A DNA stretch of 64,000 nt from an uncultured Acidimicrobiales bacterium. Lineage in GTDB: Bacteria > Actinomycetota > Acidimicrobiia > Acidimicrobiales > SHLQ01. The notes beneath the pieces are model-generated. The model saw only the letters and a list, made by a program, of their open reading frames with translations, made no database searches and was not told the DNA's origin. The translations under genes and the position numbers were made by a program. Shown piece after piece: positions 1 to 9,361 of this stretch (the stretch's first letter is position 1; each line of letters opens with the position of its first letter). The stretch covers positions 10,393-74,392 of the forward strand of contig CALKGG010000119.1 in assembly GCA_938084885.1 (NCBI GenBank). The letters run 5' to 3'.

Positions 1-857
1 CGCTCGTCGGCGCACGGGCGCTCACCGTTGTCGACCGTGGTCTGCTCATGGGCTTCGATGGCGACCGCAGCAACAACCGCTTCGTCGGCACGACCGCCTT
101 CTTCGACTTCGGTCCAGACGCAGCGCCGACCGACCCTCGCGACAACCTCCGATGCTCAGCAATCGTCAACGGCAGTCAGGTCAATGTGTCGTGGAACCAG
201 GTTGGCGGCGTCACCGACTACGTCGTCCGACGCAATTCTTCGTGGGTAGCATCGCCCGGCAACGTCGACCGGTACACCGATACGCCGCCACCTGGTACCC
301 ACACGTACTTCATTCGAACCCGAATCGGAAACGACCGGCGAGACATCCAATGCTCCCCGTCGGTAACCGTTCAATCGCTGGGTCAAACCTGCAGGGCCTC
401 GCGCAATAACAACGGCACGGTGCAAGTCTCGTGGGATGCAATTGCTGGTGAGAATACCTACAGCATCCGACGCAACGGCGGCTGGATTGGCGATGTCGGC
501 GGCGGCGGAACCGTGCTCGTCGATGACCCTGGAGCCGGCAACTTCACCTATGTCGTCCGCTCTCGACAGAACGGCCGCAACACGATCACGACGTGCACTC
601 CAGCGCCGATCACCGTTGCTCACCGGGTGGGGGCAGGCGGTCAAACATGTACGACCCGGACCCTAGACACTGGCGATCTGCGACTCGAGTGGAGTGCGAT
701 TGCCGGCGAGAACGAATACAGCATTCGACGAAACGGCCGCTGGGTAGCCAACGTGAACAACGCAACGGCGTTCACCGCAACAACACATGGACCAGGAGAC
801 GTCTTCGAGATCCGTTCACGAATGGCCGGCACAACGACCGACACACGATGCAGCTAG
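1..857 (+). CDS. 3' part of a larger secreted protein with three tandem FN3/Ig-like modules of about 85 aa (5' end lies outside the window)
   Basis: Frame 3 is open from the window edge to the TAG at 855-857; the ORF track lists it only from the first ATG at 48. The translation has three modules, each with an upstream Cys, a core like VSWNQVGGVTDYVVRRNSSW / VSWDAIAGENTYSIRRNGGW / LEWSAIAGENEYSIRRNGRW, and a downstream Cys. No catalytic motif is visible in the part present. Confidence 0.5.
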   Translation, partial: LVGARALTVVDRGLLMGFDGDRSNNRFVGTTAFFDFGPDAAPTDPRDNLRCSAIVNGSQVNVSWNQVGGVTDYVVRRNSSWVASPGNVDRYTDTPPPGTHTYFIRTRIGNDRRDIQCSPSVTVQSLGQTCRASRNNNGTVQVSWDAIAGENTYSIRRNGGWIGDVGGGGTVLVDDPGAGNFTYVVRSRQNGRNTITTCTPAPITVAHRVGAGGQTCTTRTLDTGDLRLEWSAIAGENEYSIRRNGRWVANVNNATAFTATTHGPGDVFEIRSRMAGTTTDTRCS

Positions 858-897
858 AGGAGCCGTCGTCTTCGATCGAGAAGACACAGCCAAACAG

Positions 898-1593
898 CTA
901 GGAGTTGGCTGCCTCGTCGAGTAGGACAATCGCTCGCGCCTGCGTTGGCAACGTCGCTGGAATCGCGGCGTCGTTGCTCAGAAACTGTTGCACGGCACCC
1001 CGCTTGGACTCGCCACCGATTACCCACAGCAGTTGCTTTGCTCGATCGAGGACCGGCCAGGTGAATGACATGCGTCGTCGTCCCTGATAGTCGCCGGTGA
1101 GCGCAACGTCGACCGTGTCGACTTGCAGGATTGGGTCGCCGGGAATCAACGACGCCGTATGGCCGTCCGAACCCATACCCAATTGCACGAGATCGAACAC
1201 GACCGGGCTGCCAGCAATGCTGTCCATGCGTTCGCCGTAGCTCGCTGCGGCCGCATCGAGGTCGTTGGCGGTCACCGGCATCAGGTGAATGCCAGCTGGA
1301 GAGTGATGCCGGAGAAAGTCCTCGGTGAGCAGCGCAGACTCGAGCATCGTGGCGTTTCGGTCAGCCGAACCATCAGGAGCAATGCGTTCATCGACCTGGA
1401 ACAGATGTGTACTGCCCCAGTCGAGATCGTTGCGCTCGCCGAGTAGTTCGAGCATGCGACGCGGAGTGGAGCCACCGGACACTGCCCACACAAATACGCC
1501 ACGCTCGTCGATCGCACGCGCCGACGCGTCGACCAGCAAATCGACTGCACGCCGAGCGAGCGCTTCGCCGTCGGCGAGCACCTCAACGTTCAC
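898..1593 (-). CDS. pgl: 6-phosphogluconolactonase
   Basis: Translation from the GTG at 1593 (VNVEVLADGEALARRAVDLL...VWAVSGGSTPRRMLELL...LGMGSDGHTASL) fits the Pgl/SOL family. The longer track start (1782) would run through the zwf 3' end. The proposed start overlaps the zwf stop by 11 nt. Confidence 0.8.
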   Translation of the reverse strand: MNVEVLADGEALARRAVDLLVDASARAIDERGVFVWAVSGGSTPRRMLELLGERNDLDWGSTHLFQVDERIAPDGSADRNATMLESALLTEDFLRHHSPAGIHLMPVTANDLDAAAASYGERMDSIAGSPVVFDLVQLGMGSDGHTASLIPGDPILQVDTVDVALTGDYQGRRRMSFTWPVLDRAKQLLWVIGGESKRGAVQQFLSNDAAIPATLPTQARAIVLLDEAANS

Positions 1594-2995
1594 CGATGCG
1601 CCTTTTGGGTTGCGAGCTGGCGCCCTCACGCGGCGCGACTCGGTCGGCTTCTTCTGGGCCCCAGCTTCCAGCGGGATAGGTGATGACCTTGTCGACGGGT
1701 TCGAGTAGCGGGCCGATGATTCGCCATGCCTCCTCGACGCCGTCTTGGCGTGCGAACAGACGCTCGTCACCAATGAGGGCATCAGCGATCAACCGTTCGT
1801 AGGCGTCGGGGCCATCACCGCCGAGTGCTTCCTCGTAGTCGACGCTCATGGCAACGTCATCGCTGCGCATCTCGAGACCAGGAACTTTGGCTTGCATTGT
1901 GAGCGTGATCTGATCATCGGGCTTGAGCCGGAAACGTAACCGGTTTGGCTCTGGACACTTGACCGATGCGTCCGCGAACAACATGCTCGGCGGCTGCTTG
2001 AACTCGACGACCGCCTCGGTGATCGTCTCGGCCATGGCCTTGCCTGCTCGGATATAGAACGGCACACCCTGCCATCGCCACGAGTCGATCTCGAGGGTCA
2101 TTGCGGCGAACGTCTCGGTGTCTGATCCTTCGGCTACGCCCTTTTCGTCGAGGTATCCCTCGACCTGTCCGCGGACGACCTTGTCGGGATCCACGGGTTT
2201 CATTGCCTTAAAGACCTTGACCTTTTCGTCACGCATCGCCGATGCCTCGGCGGTCACCGGAGGTTCCATGGCGAGCAATGCAACCATCTGTAACAAATGG
2301 TTTTGCACAACATCGCGAATGGCACCGACCTCGTCGTAGAACGCGCCACGACCTTCGATGCCGAACGCCTCGGTCATTGTGATCGTGATCGATTCGATGT
2401 GATTGCGGTTCCAGATTGGTTCGAGCATCGAATTCGCGAAGCGGAAGACCATAAAGTTCATGACCGGCTCTTTGCCTAGGAAATGATCGATTCGATAGAT
2501 CTGATTCTCGGCGAGGTGTTTCGACAGCGTGTCGTTCAACTCGATGGCAGATTCGAGATCGCGTCCGAATGGTTTCTCGACGACGACCCGTCCACGGTCG
2601 GTCATTCCCACCAACGCCAACCCTTCGACCACATCGTCGAACAAAAACGGCGGAATCGACAGAAACGACAGCGGTACCTGCGCGCCGCCAGTGAGGTCGC
2701 GAACCTTTGGCCAGGTGTCTGGGTTCGTGTAGTCGCCGGGGATGTAACGAAAGTTTGCGCAGAGCCGTTCCAGCGCGTCTTCGTCGACGTCGTCAACTTT
2801 TGATCGCACAGATTCGCGTACCCGGTCTCGCATGTCGTCGTCACTCCACTCCGAGCGAGCAATACCGACGATCGGCATGTCTGCCCGGCCTTCGAGGGTC
2901 AGTTCGTAGAGCGCCGGCAAGAGTTTTTTGCGGGCGAGATCGCCGGTTGCGCCGAAGAGCAAAAACGCGTCAGCCTTCGCTGGAGATGCTGACAC
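1583..2995 (-). CDS. zwf: glucose-6-phosphate 1-dehydrogenase
   Basis: It has the N-terminal FGATGDLARKKLLPALY dinucleotide-binding motif and the RIDHFLGKE active-site motif. Length is 470 aa, with a GTG start at 2995. Confidence 0.95.
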   Translation of the reverse strand: MSASPAKADAFLLFGATGDLARKKLLPALYELTLEGRADMPIVGIARSEWSDDDMRDRVRESVRSKVDDVDEDALERLCANFRYIPGDYTNPDTWPKVRDLTGGAQVPLSFLSIPPFLFDDVVEGLALVGMTDRGRVVVEKPFGRDLESAIELNDTLSKHLAENQIYRIDHFLGKEPVMNFMVFRFANSMLEPIWNRNHIESITITMTEAFGIEGRGAFYDEVGAIRDVVQNHLLQMVALLAMEPPVTAEASAMRDEKVKVFKAMKPVDPDKVVRGQVEGYLDEKGVAEGSDTETFAAMTLEIDSWRWQGVPFYIRAGKAMAETITEAVVEFKQPPSMLFADASVKCPEPNRLRFRLKPDDQITLTMQAKVPGLEMRSDDVAMSVDYEEALGGDGPDAYERLIADALIGDERLFARQDGVEEAWRIIGPLLEPVDKVITYPAGSWGPEEADRVAPREGASSQPKRRIGER

Positions 2996-2998
2996 GTT

Positions 2999-4018
2999 CT
3001 AACCCTCAGCCTTCTTCTCGTGGTGGCCACCAAACTCTTTGCGCTGGGCGGACACGACCTTGTTCGTAAAGTCGTCGTTTCCTCGCGAGGAAAAGCGGTC
3101 GAAGAGCGATGACGTGATCGTCGCTGCGGGAACCCCAACCTCGATCGCGGCTTGCACGGTCCAACGCCCCTCACCAGAGTCAGAGACATGGCCGGTGAAC
3201 TCGTCGAGGTTCGGGTCGACGGCGAGAGCGTGCGCAGTCAGATCGATCAACCACGACGAAATCACCGAACCGCGTCGCCATACCTCGGCAACCGCAGCGG
3301 TGTCGATGTCGTACTGGTAATACTGCGGGTCCCGCAGCGGCGTTGTCTCGGCGTCGGCCTGACGCTGCTCAGTGCCGACGTCGGCGGCGTTGAGAATACC
3401 CAGGCCCTCGGCAACGGCGGCCATCATTCCGTACTCGATGCCGTTGTGCACCATCTTGACGAAGTGACCAGCACCATTTGGTCCGCAGTGCAGCCACCCG
3501 TTTTCGCCAGGACGAAGAGGGCCGTCGTCGTCGAGCGTGCGCTCGGCCGCCTCGACTCCGGGAGCGAGCGTGTCGAGTAGCGGGGCGAGGTGTGCAACGG
3601 CGTCGTCATCTCCCCCAATCATCATGGAGAAGCCGCGCTCGAGGCCGTAGACGCCGCCGCTTGTGCCGATGTCGACGTATTTGATGCCGCGTTCGGCGAG
3701 TTCGGCGGCCTTGTCGACATCGTCCTTCCACATCGAGTTGCCGCCGTCGATGATGATGTCACCTGCTTCGAAATGCTCTGCGACCTTGTCGACGGTGGCG
3801 CCAGCGAACGCGGCGGGCACCATCACCCAGGCAACGCGAGGGGTGTTGAGCGCAGCAGCGAACGACTCGAGGTCATAGGTGCCGATTGCCCCCTCGGCGG
3901 CAATGGCGTCTACTGGTTCCTTGTTGATGTCGTAGGCGACCGCGTCGTGGCCATCACGCATGGCTCGTCGAACCAGGCCCATTCCCATTCGACCAATTCC
4001 GACCATTCCAAACTGCAT
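2999..4018 (-). CDS. gnd: 6-phosphogluconate dehydrogenase (decarboxylating), short Gnd-like form
   Basis: The N-terminus has a MVGIGRMGMGL Rossmann motif, followed by GGNS...DD and a GAGHFVKMVHNGIEYG core. Its stop lies 3 nt upstream of the zwf start on the same strand. Confidence 0.85.
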   Translation of the reverse strand: MQFGMVGIGRMGMGLVRRAMRDGHDAVAYDINKEPVDAIAAEGAIGTYDLESFAAALNTPRVAWVMVPAAFAGATVDKVAEHFEAGDIIIDGGNSMWKDDVDKAAELAERGIKYVDIGTSGGVYGLERGFSMMIGGDDDAVAHLAPLLDTLAPGVEAAERTLDDDGPLRPGENGWLHCGPNGAGHFVKMVHNGIEYGMMAAVAEGLGILNAADVGTEQRQADAETTPLRDPQYYQYDIDTAAVAEVWRRGSVISSWLIDLTAHALAVDPNLDEFTGHVSDSGEGRWTVQAAIEVGVPAATITSSLFDRFSSRGNDDFTNKVVSAQRKEFGGHHEKKAEG

Positions 4019-4091
4019 GTCTCTACCTTCTTGTTGACGCGCCTCGGGAGAAGCGGGGGGAGGAAGCCGCCTCGCGAAGTCGACTGGTACC

Positions 4092-5033
4092 GTGAACCCA
4101 TCATGGCTCCCGATTTGTGCCCAGTGTGTGAAGGAATCTCCAAATTGCTTTCACCCTGCGGATCGACCAATGAGTAGTCCCTGGACAATTCGGTGCACGG
4201 TCCCAGCAAACGGACCAATCTCGGCCGACGAACTCGCCGGTATTGCCTCGCTCGTGCTGTTTGATGGCGGCGCCCTCGCGATTGGCGAATCTGCCGATCC
4301 CGATGGGTCGGTCGCGTTGACTGCAGGCTTCGATTCCGAAGCCGACGCCAACGGCGCGCTTTGCATGCTCGTGAACCAGCTCCCGGCGGCGACCGCAACT
4401 GTTGTCCATGATGGCGATCACGAGCAATGGGTGTTGTCCCAACGCGACGGGCTCGAACCCACGACGATTGGATCGTGGACTATCCGAACCCCCTGGCACG
4501 AACCTGCCAACGACCAACGTCATGACGTCATCATCGACCCAGGAGCAGCGTTCGGCCACGGCGCGCACCCGAGCACTCGCCTCGCTATCGAATTGCTCCT
4601 TCGCCAGCTCCACCTCGACTCCGCAGTTACCGTCGCGGATCTCGGAACTGGAACCGGGGTAATCGCTATCATCGCTGCACTCTCTGGGCATAAAGTTCGA
4701 GCGACTGAAGTTGACGAGGCTTCGGTGGGTGTCGCCCGAATGAACGTGAAGGACAATGGCGTTGCCGACCTCGTCGAGCTGATCCACGGCAATGCGACCC
4801 AAAGCCGGGTCGCACGCGACGACCTTGTCGTTGCGAACGTCACCATAGATGTGCACCGTCTCATCGCCCCGACATACAGGGTTGCCGATCGCATCATCGT
4901 CGCGGGGCTGCTTTGTGGCCAGGTCGGCGAGATGCGCTCTCTGCTTCCCGACCATCACGCCCACACGGTGAAGGTTTTGAATGAATGGGCAGCGCTCAGT
5001 TTTTGCAGGTCGGAACGTGTGCGCCCGATATGA
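4092..5033 (+). CDS. prmA: ribosomal protein L11 methyltransferase-like SAM methyltransferase
   Basis: The IIDPGAAFGHGAHPSTRLAIELL motif and the SAM motif VADLGTGTGVIAIIAA are typical of PrmA. The start is uncertain; the ATG at 4167 is also possible. Confidence 0.75.
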   Translation: MNPSWLPICAQCVKESPNCFHPADRPMSSPWTIRCTVPANGPISADELAGIASLVLFDGGALAIGESADPDGSVALTAGFDSEADANGALCMLVNQLPAATATVVHDGDHEQWVLSQRDGLEPTTIGSWTIRTPWHEPANDQRHDVIIDPGAAFGHGAHPSTRLAIELLLRQLHLDSAVTVADLGTGTGVIAIIAALSGHKVRATEVDEASVGVARMNVKDNGVADLVELIHGNATQSRVARDDLVVANVTIDVHRLIAPTYRVADRIIVAGLLCGQVGEMRSLLPDHHAHTVKVLNEWAALSFCRSERVRPI

Positions 5034-5100
5034 CCACATCTGCTCGGAACGGCGGCGCAATTTCTCAGAACCGCGCCTCGACGACCGATAGGTCCAGGTA

Positions 5101-5886
5101 ATGAGTCGAACCGGCAAGAAGGGCGACGACTACTACCCGTTGCGGTGGCGCGTCGCCGACTATTTCGAGAACATCATCATCTTGCACCGCACGAAAGCTG
5201 CGCTCGGTATTGCCGCGCTCGCAACGTTGCTGGTGCTCATTGGTCTTTTCGTGCTCGGATGGAACCCATTCGGCTCCGACGACTCGGTGGTCGAACCTCC
5301 TGCAGACACCGAACGTATCGAACCGGACGAGATCATCGACGACGTGGTACCCGCGGGAGGGATCAACCCGGCAACGGCATCTCGCCCGATTGCCGATTCT
5401 CAACAAGTGCAGCTGACAACGCCGGGCACAGTGATCGAACTCGGGCCAACAGTGATGCGCCTGACGGGAGGCCATCCAAACGACGCTGCGGCCGATCGGT
5501 CGCTGTTGATCGCGACCGATCTGTTCGTCGACCGCGAAGTGTTCGACGCGCAAGTGTTGAGCGGAGAGTTTCCCGAGACCGAACAGATTGTGGTGCGCTT
5601 GATCGAGCCCACGTTGTTTGCTGAGGGAACCGCCGAACTCAACACAGCCTTCGTTTCGCTTTTCGACGACGTTGCGAGTGTCGTGTTCACACGTGTTGAC
5701 GTCGCGGTCGAAGTCACCGGCCACAACAACGATGTGCAGTTGAGCGCTGAGCGAGCCCGAGCAATCGCCGACCAGCTGATAGCGGTGGGCGTCGACGAGG
5801 ACATCGTAACCATCAGTGGCCGCGGTGATGCTGAACCAATCGGCGACTTTGATAGCCGAATCGATGTTGTTATCCGGGCCAGCTAA
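5101..5886 (+). CDS. membrane-anchored protein with a degenerate OmpA_C-like C-terminal domain
   Basis: There is one N-terminal TM segment (AALGIAALATLLVLIGLFVLG). The C-terminus VEVTGHNNDVQLSAERARAIADQLIAVGVDEDIVTISGRGDAEPI resembles the OmpA/MotB peptidoglycan-binding fold. Confidence 0.45.
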   Translation: MSRTGKKGDDYYPLRWRVADYFENIIILHRTKAALGIAALATLLVLIGLFVLGWNPFGSDDSVVEPPADTERIEPDEIIDDVVPAGGINPATASRPIADSQQVQLTTPGTVIELGPTVMRLTGGHPNDAAADRSLLIATDLFVDREVFDAQVLSGEFPETEQIVVRLIEPTLFAEGTAELNTAFVSLFDDVASVVFTRVDVAVEVTGHNNDVQLSAERARAIADQLIAVGVDEDIVTISGRGDAEPIGDFDSRIDVVIRAS

Positions 5887-5907
5887 CAGCTCGCATGTCG
5901 CGGATGG

Positions 5908-6717
5908 TTAGGGCTGCTCTTCGTACCAGGCGTCGAGTCGAGCCTCGAGTTCTTCTCGAGGCAGCTCGCCCTCAGAACGCTTGACTTCGAGCAACATCTT
6001 GACGGCCTTGCCAACGATTGGGCCAGGCTCGATCCCGAGGTGAGCCATGACGGCCCCGCCGTCCATATCCGGACGCTCTGCCGCGCGACGGTCGGCCTCG
6101 GCGAGCTCGGCAATACGTCGTTCGAGATCGTCCATTGCCCGTTGAATATCGTCGAACTTGCGGGCATTGCGGGTTGTGCAGTCGCATCGGATCAGATGGT
6201 TGAGCGTGCCGAGCAGCGGCCCTGCTTCGCGGGCATATCGGCGAACTGCCGAGTCTGACCAACCATCGGAGTATCCCTTGAACCGACCTGACAAGCGCAC
6301 GAGCTCGGTGACGTCATTGACGAGCTGCTCGTCGAATTCGAGTGCGGTGAGGCGCTTGCGCGCCATGCGGGCACCCACCGCCTCATGATGGCGAAAGGTC
6401 ACTCCGTCGTCATCGATGCGTCGGGTCTTTGGCTTTCCAACATCGTGGAACAACGCGGCGAGCCGCACGGTCAACTCGGGTTTCGTATTTGCCGTGACCG
6501 CAATGGTGTGTGCCAAGACGTCCTTGTGACGATGAATTGGGTCTTGTTCCATTCGCAACAGAGGAATTTCCGGAGCGATGTCGTCCATCCGTCCAGAGTC
6601 GCAAAGCTCCCACAGCGACTCCGACGGGTCGTCGGGCTGCAGGGCAACGATGAGATCTTGGGCAACGGGTGAGTGGGACACAACTACGCAGGATAGCCAA
6701 GACGCCGCGTCGCCCAA
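5908..6717 (-). CDS. HD-domain protein equivalent to the C-terminal half of an actinobacterial CCA-adding enzyme/PcnA; the nucleotidyltransferase half is absent
   Basis: Motifs HRHKDVLAHT, LAALFHDVGKPKTR and FRHHEAVGARMARKRL are followed by a SAVRRYAREAGPLL...IRCDCTTRN tail. No polymerase-beta-type NTase domain is encoded upstream. The start is uncertain (6717 or the internal ATG at 6588). Confidence 0.75.
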   Translation of the reverse strand: MGDAASWLSCVVVSHSPVAQDLIVALQPDDPSESLWELCDSGRMDDIAPEIPLLRMEQDPIHRHKDVLAHTIAVTANTKPELTVRLAALFHDVGKPKTRRIDDDGVTFRHHEAVGARMARKRLTALEFDEQLVNDVTELVRLSGRFKGYSDGWSDSAVRRYAREAGPLLGTLNHLIRCDCTTRNARKFDDIQRAMDDLERRIAELAEADRRAAERPDMDGGAVMAHLGIEPGPIVGKAVKMLLEVKRSEGELPREELEARLDAWYEEQP

Positions 6718-7450
6718 TACCCTTCACGACGTGTCTGAACACGAGCCGGTGCCTCCACCTCCACCACCAAACTCGGCGCCACCACCGCCGCCGCCACTCG
6801 AACCGCCGAACCCGCACGAGCCTGCGACCAGTTCGGTTGGAGTGCCCGCACCAGACAACGATGTCCGCCGTGACAATCCAATTGCTGTCGCTGCGCTCGT
6901 AGTTTCGGCGCTCGCACTCGTGTTGTCGATCATCGTGATCGGCGGCCTCATCGGCGTGATCGCCATTGTGATGGCGGGAGCTGCCATTCGCCGTTCGAAG
7001 ATTTCGGGCCAGGGCAAGGGTCTTGCGTTGAGCGCCATTGCGATCTCGGTCTTTTCGATTATTGCTTCGGCGGGCGCGCTCACCATTATCGTGTCGACCC
7101 TGCGCGGTGACGACGTCGTGCGCAATGGCATTGTTTCGAGTTCGGACAACACCGAGTTCCCTCCCCAAGATGACATCGTTGCGGTCGACTGCACTGAGGA
7201 GGGTGGGATTCCGTTGGCGTTGATCACCGTTGAGAACCACTCCCCCGAGGACAGTATCTACACGCTGACGATCACCTGGGACGCCGAGACCGAGGAAGGC
7301 ACCGAAGAGATCACCGAGATTCTTCGTGCGTCTGAGGCATTACCCGAGGGCGAGCAGAACGTGTTCCGGTTCTTTCAGCGAGCGTCGGGAACGGTGTCTG
7401 ATTCGTGTGCAGTCATGCGCATTGAACGGACCTCGTTCAGCCTTGGCTAG
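6650..7450 (+). CDS. Pro-rich membrane protein, DUF4190-like
   Basis: A proline-rich N-terminus (PPPPPPNSAPPPPPPLEPPNP) is followed by two long hydrophobic segments (IAVAALVVSALALVLSIIVIGGLIGVIAIVMAGAAI and LALSAIAISVFSIIASAGALTIIV). The track start is 6578 and the ATG at 6650 is used here. Either start overlaps the 5' end of the divergent HD-domain ORF. Confidence 0.5.
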   Translation: MRSWATGEWDTTTQDSQDAASPNTLHDVSEHEPVPPPPPPNSAPPPPPPLEPPNPHEPATSSVGVPAPDNDVRRDNPIAVAALVVSALALVLSIIVIGGLIGVIAIVMAGAAIRRSKISGQGKGLALSAIAISVFSIIASAGALTIIVSTLRGDDVVRNGIVSSSDNTEFPPQDDIVAVDCTEEGGIPLALITVENHSPEDSIYTLTITWDAETEEGTEEITEILRASEALPEGEQNVFRFFQRASGTVSDSCAVMRIERTSFSLG

Positions 7451-7534
7451 GCGTTCGCCAGTCGCCGTTTGAGAAACCTGGAAATCGTTTTGGTCCTCCG
7501 TTGACCCCTCCGGTACGTTCTGTTCCGCACACGG

Positions 7535-7906
7535 GTGGAGCCGGGGCCTTGGAGACGAGGACCAGTGTCATCACAGCCAGTAGATCACGCAGCGCAGGAC
7601 GCGCAACACCCGCTGACGGTCGTGTCAGAGTTGCACCGTCCAATGGGGATTGATGAAGCACTCTCATGGTTCAACGGCATTCTGAGCGGCCAGGATTGGG
7701 CCATGCGGGATTGTGTTGAGCTCGTCGACGATTCCGGGCTGCGTTCGGTTCACCTCACTGCCTGGGGTAGTCGCTGGACACTGGAGGTCGACATCGAAGA
7801 ATCGCGAGCCCTCGAAGGGGTCATCGTGAGCGCACGTGTAAAAGATATTGCGGTTGGACACGAACCGCCAGCGGTGCCCGGACTCGCGAAAGCGCTTGTG
7901 CCATGA
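7535..7906 (+). CDS. hypothetical protein
   Basis: This is an ORF only, with no recognisable motif. An internal ATG giving MGIDEALSWF... may be the true start. Confidence 0.3.
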   Translation: MEPGPWRRGPVSSQPVDHAAQDAQHPLTVVSELHRPMGIDEALSWFNGILSGQDWAMRDCVELVDDSGLRSVHLTAWGSRWTLEVDIEESRALEGVIVSARVKDIAVGHEPPAVPGLAKALVP

Positions 7907-7924
7907 CTAGTATGTTGCATTCGC

Positions 7925-9361
7925 GTGACGTTCATTACCGAAACATGTCGGCGTCATGCTTCCCGCCACAGCTCGTACACCTGGATATCAACGTTGTCTC
8001 ATCACCGATCTCGCCTCGGAATTGTCGCCCTCGCGACTTGTCTCCTCGCCGTTGTTCTACTTTCTGCCACCATCGTCGAGGCGCAAAGCAACACCCCAAA
8101 TCCCCAAGAAACCAGCGCCGCTGTTCCCTTCATAGGTGAGTACGAAGTCTGGTGCACCGAGCGAAACCCGGGAGCCGACGGCTTCTGCCAAGCCAGAAAC
8201 CACCACACGAGCCCTGCGATCGACATCGGCATGCCGATCGGCGCGACGCTACGAAGCACTGGTTCTGGTGAGGTCATCGAGGCCGATGCCTTCTGCGCCG
8301 GACGAGGATCGTGCAACAACGGTGCGGGCAACATCGTGGTCATCGAACATCGCGACGGACGGTTCTCCCGTTACCTGCACCTCGCAAGCGTTTCGGTCAA
8401 CGTGGGCGATCAGGTCGTAGCTGGCGACGTCATTGGCACCAACGGTGTCACCGGGCACTTCAGCTCTCCCCATCTTCACTTCGACGAACAATGGCCGCTC
8501 GGTACCCGCGTCAACTTGGGTTCGATGGTGGGCTGCGTCAACGGAATCCAGGTCCGGTACCCGGCTGCATTCGGCGTCGACAATTGGGACCAGGTGCCCT
8601 TTGGATCGATCATGGTCAACGAGGGCTACGGCTGCTTGAGCGGTGCCACGGGGGCACAACTCGCAGCGACCGACGTGCCCCGGGTCTTTGGCGGTCCAAC
8701 ACGCTTCGCCATTGCCCCGCCGGTGGGTTCGCCGAAAGCCCGGTATGACATCAGCGTGAACTACGCCGGTCGCTCCGAGCCCATGATCTTTCAACTGACC
8801 GGCGCCGGGTTGGAACGGTTCGACATGGTTCCCGACATCCTCGATGTTCGAGCTCGTCAGATAATCGACGGCGTTCCCCAACGTTGGTCGATCGCTGTGC
8901 AATACGACCCCAGTCAAGAGATGGTTCGGCGCACCTGTGACGGCCTGTATGCAACCCAGGACATCCACACGGGAACCCCTCAGGCCGATGTGATTATCGG
9001 GACAAACCTGAACGACACGATCAATGGAAGCGGCGGACACGACATCATTTGTGGACTCGCCGGCGACGACCGAATCGCTGCCGGGTCCGGTGCCGACCTC
9101 GTCTTTGCAGGCGAAGGAAACGATTCGGTCTCCGGAGGATCCGGCTCAGACACGATCTATGGCCAAGCCGGTAACGACACCCTTGCGGGCAACAAAGGAA
9201 GCGACCGTCTGCGCGGCAGCGTTGGCAATGACACCCTCAACGGTGGCAAGGGACGAGACGCACTGTGGGGCGGCGGCGGAACCGATTTCTTCGCCGGCGG
9301 GCCGGGCAATGACCGATGTGTTGGTTCGGCCAGCGAAACCACCGCCAGTTGCGAACGCTAA
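7925..9361 (+). CDS. secreted M23 (lysostaphin-type) metallopeptidase with C-terminal RTX/hemolysin-type Ca-binding repeats
   Basis: It has a signal-peptide-like N-terminus (RLGIVALATCLLAVVLLSATIVEAQS). M23 motifs are HHTSPAIDIG and FSRYLHLASVSVNVGDQVVAGDVIGTNG...SSPHLHFD. The C-terminal block has about 9 GGxGxDxxx nonapeptides (GSGGHDIICGLAGDDRIAAGSGADLVFAGEGNDSVSGGSGSDTIYGQAGNDTL...). Confidence 0.85.
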   Translation: MTFITETCRRHASRHSSYTWISTLSHHRSRLGIVALATCLLAVVLLSATIVEAQSNTPNPQETSAAVPFIGEYEVWCTERNPGADGFCQARNHHTSPAIDIGMPIGATLRSTGSGEVIEADAFCAGRGSCNNGAGNIVVIEHRDGRFSRYLHLASVSVNVGDQVVAGDVIGTNGVTGHFSSPHLHFDEQWPLGTRVNLGSMVGCVNGIQVRYPAAFGVDNWDQVPFGSIMVNEGYGCLSGATGAQLAATDVPRVFGGPTRFAIAPPVGSPKARYDISVNYAGRSEPMIFQLTGAGLERFDMVPDILDVRARQIIDGVPQRWSIAVQYDPSQEMVRRTCDGLYATQDIHTGTPQADVIIGTNLNDTINGSGGHDIICGLAGDDRIAAGSGADLVFAGEGNDSVSGGSGSDTIYGQAGNDTLAGNKGSDRLRGSVGNDTLNGGKGRDALWGGGGTDFFAGGPGNDRCVGSASETTASCER

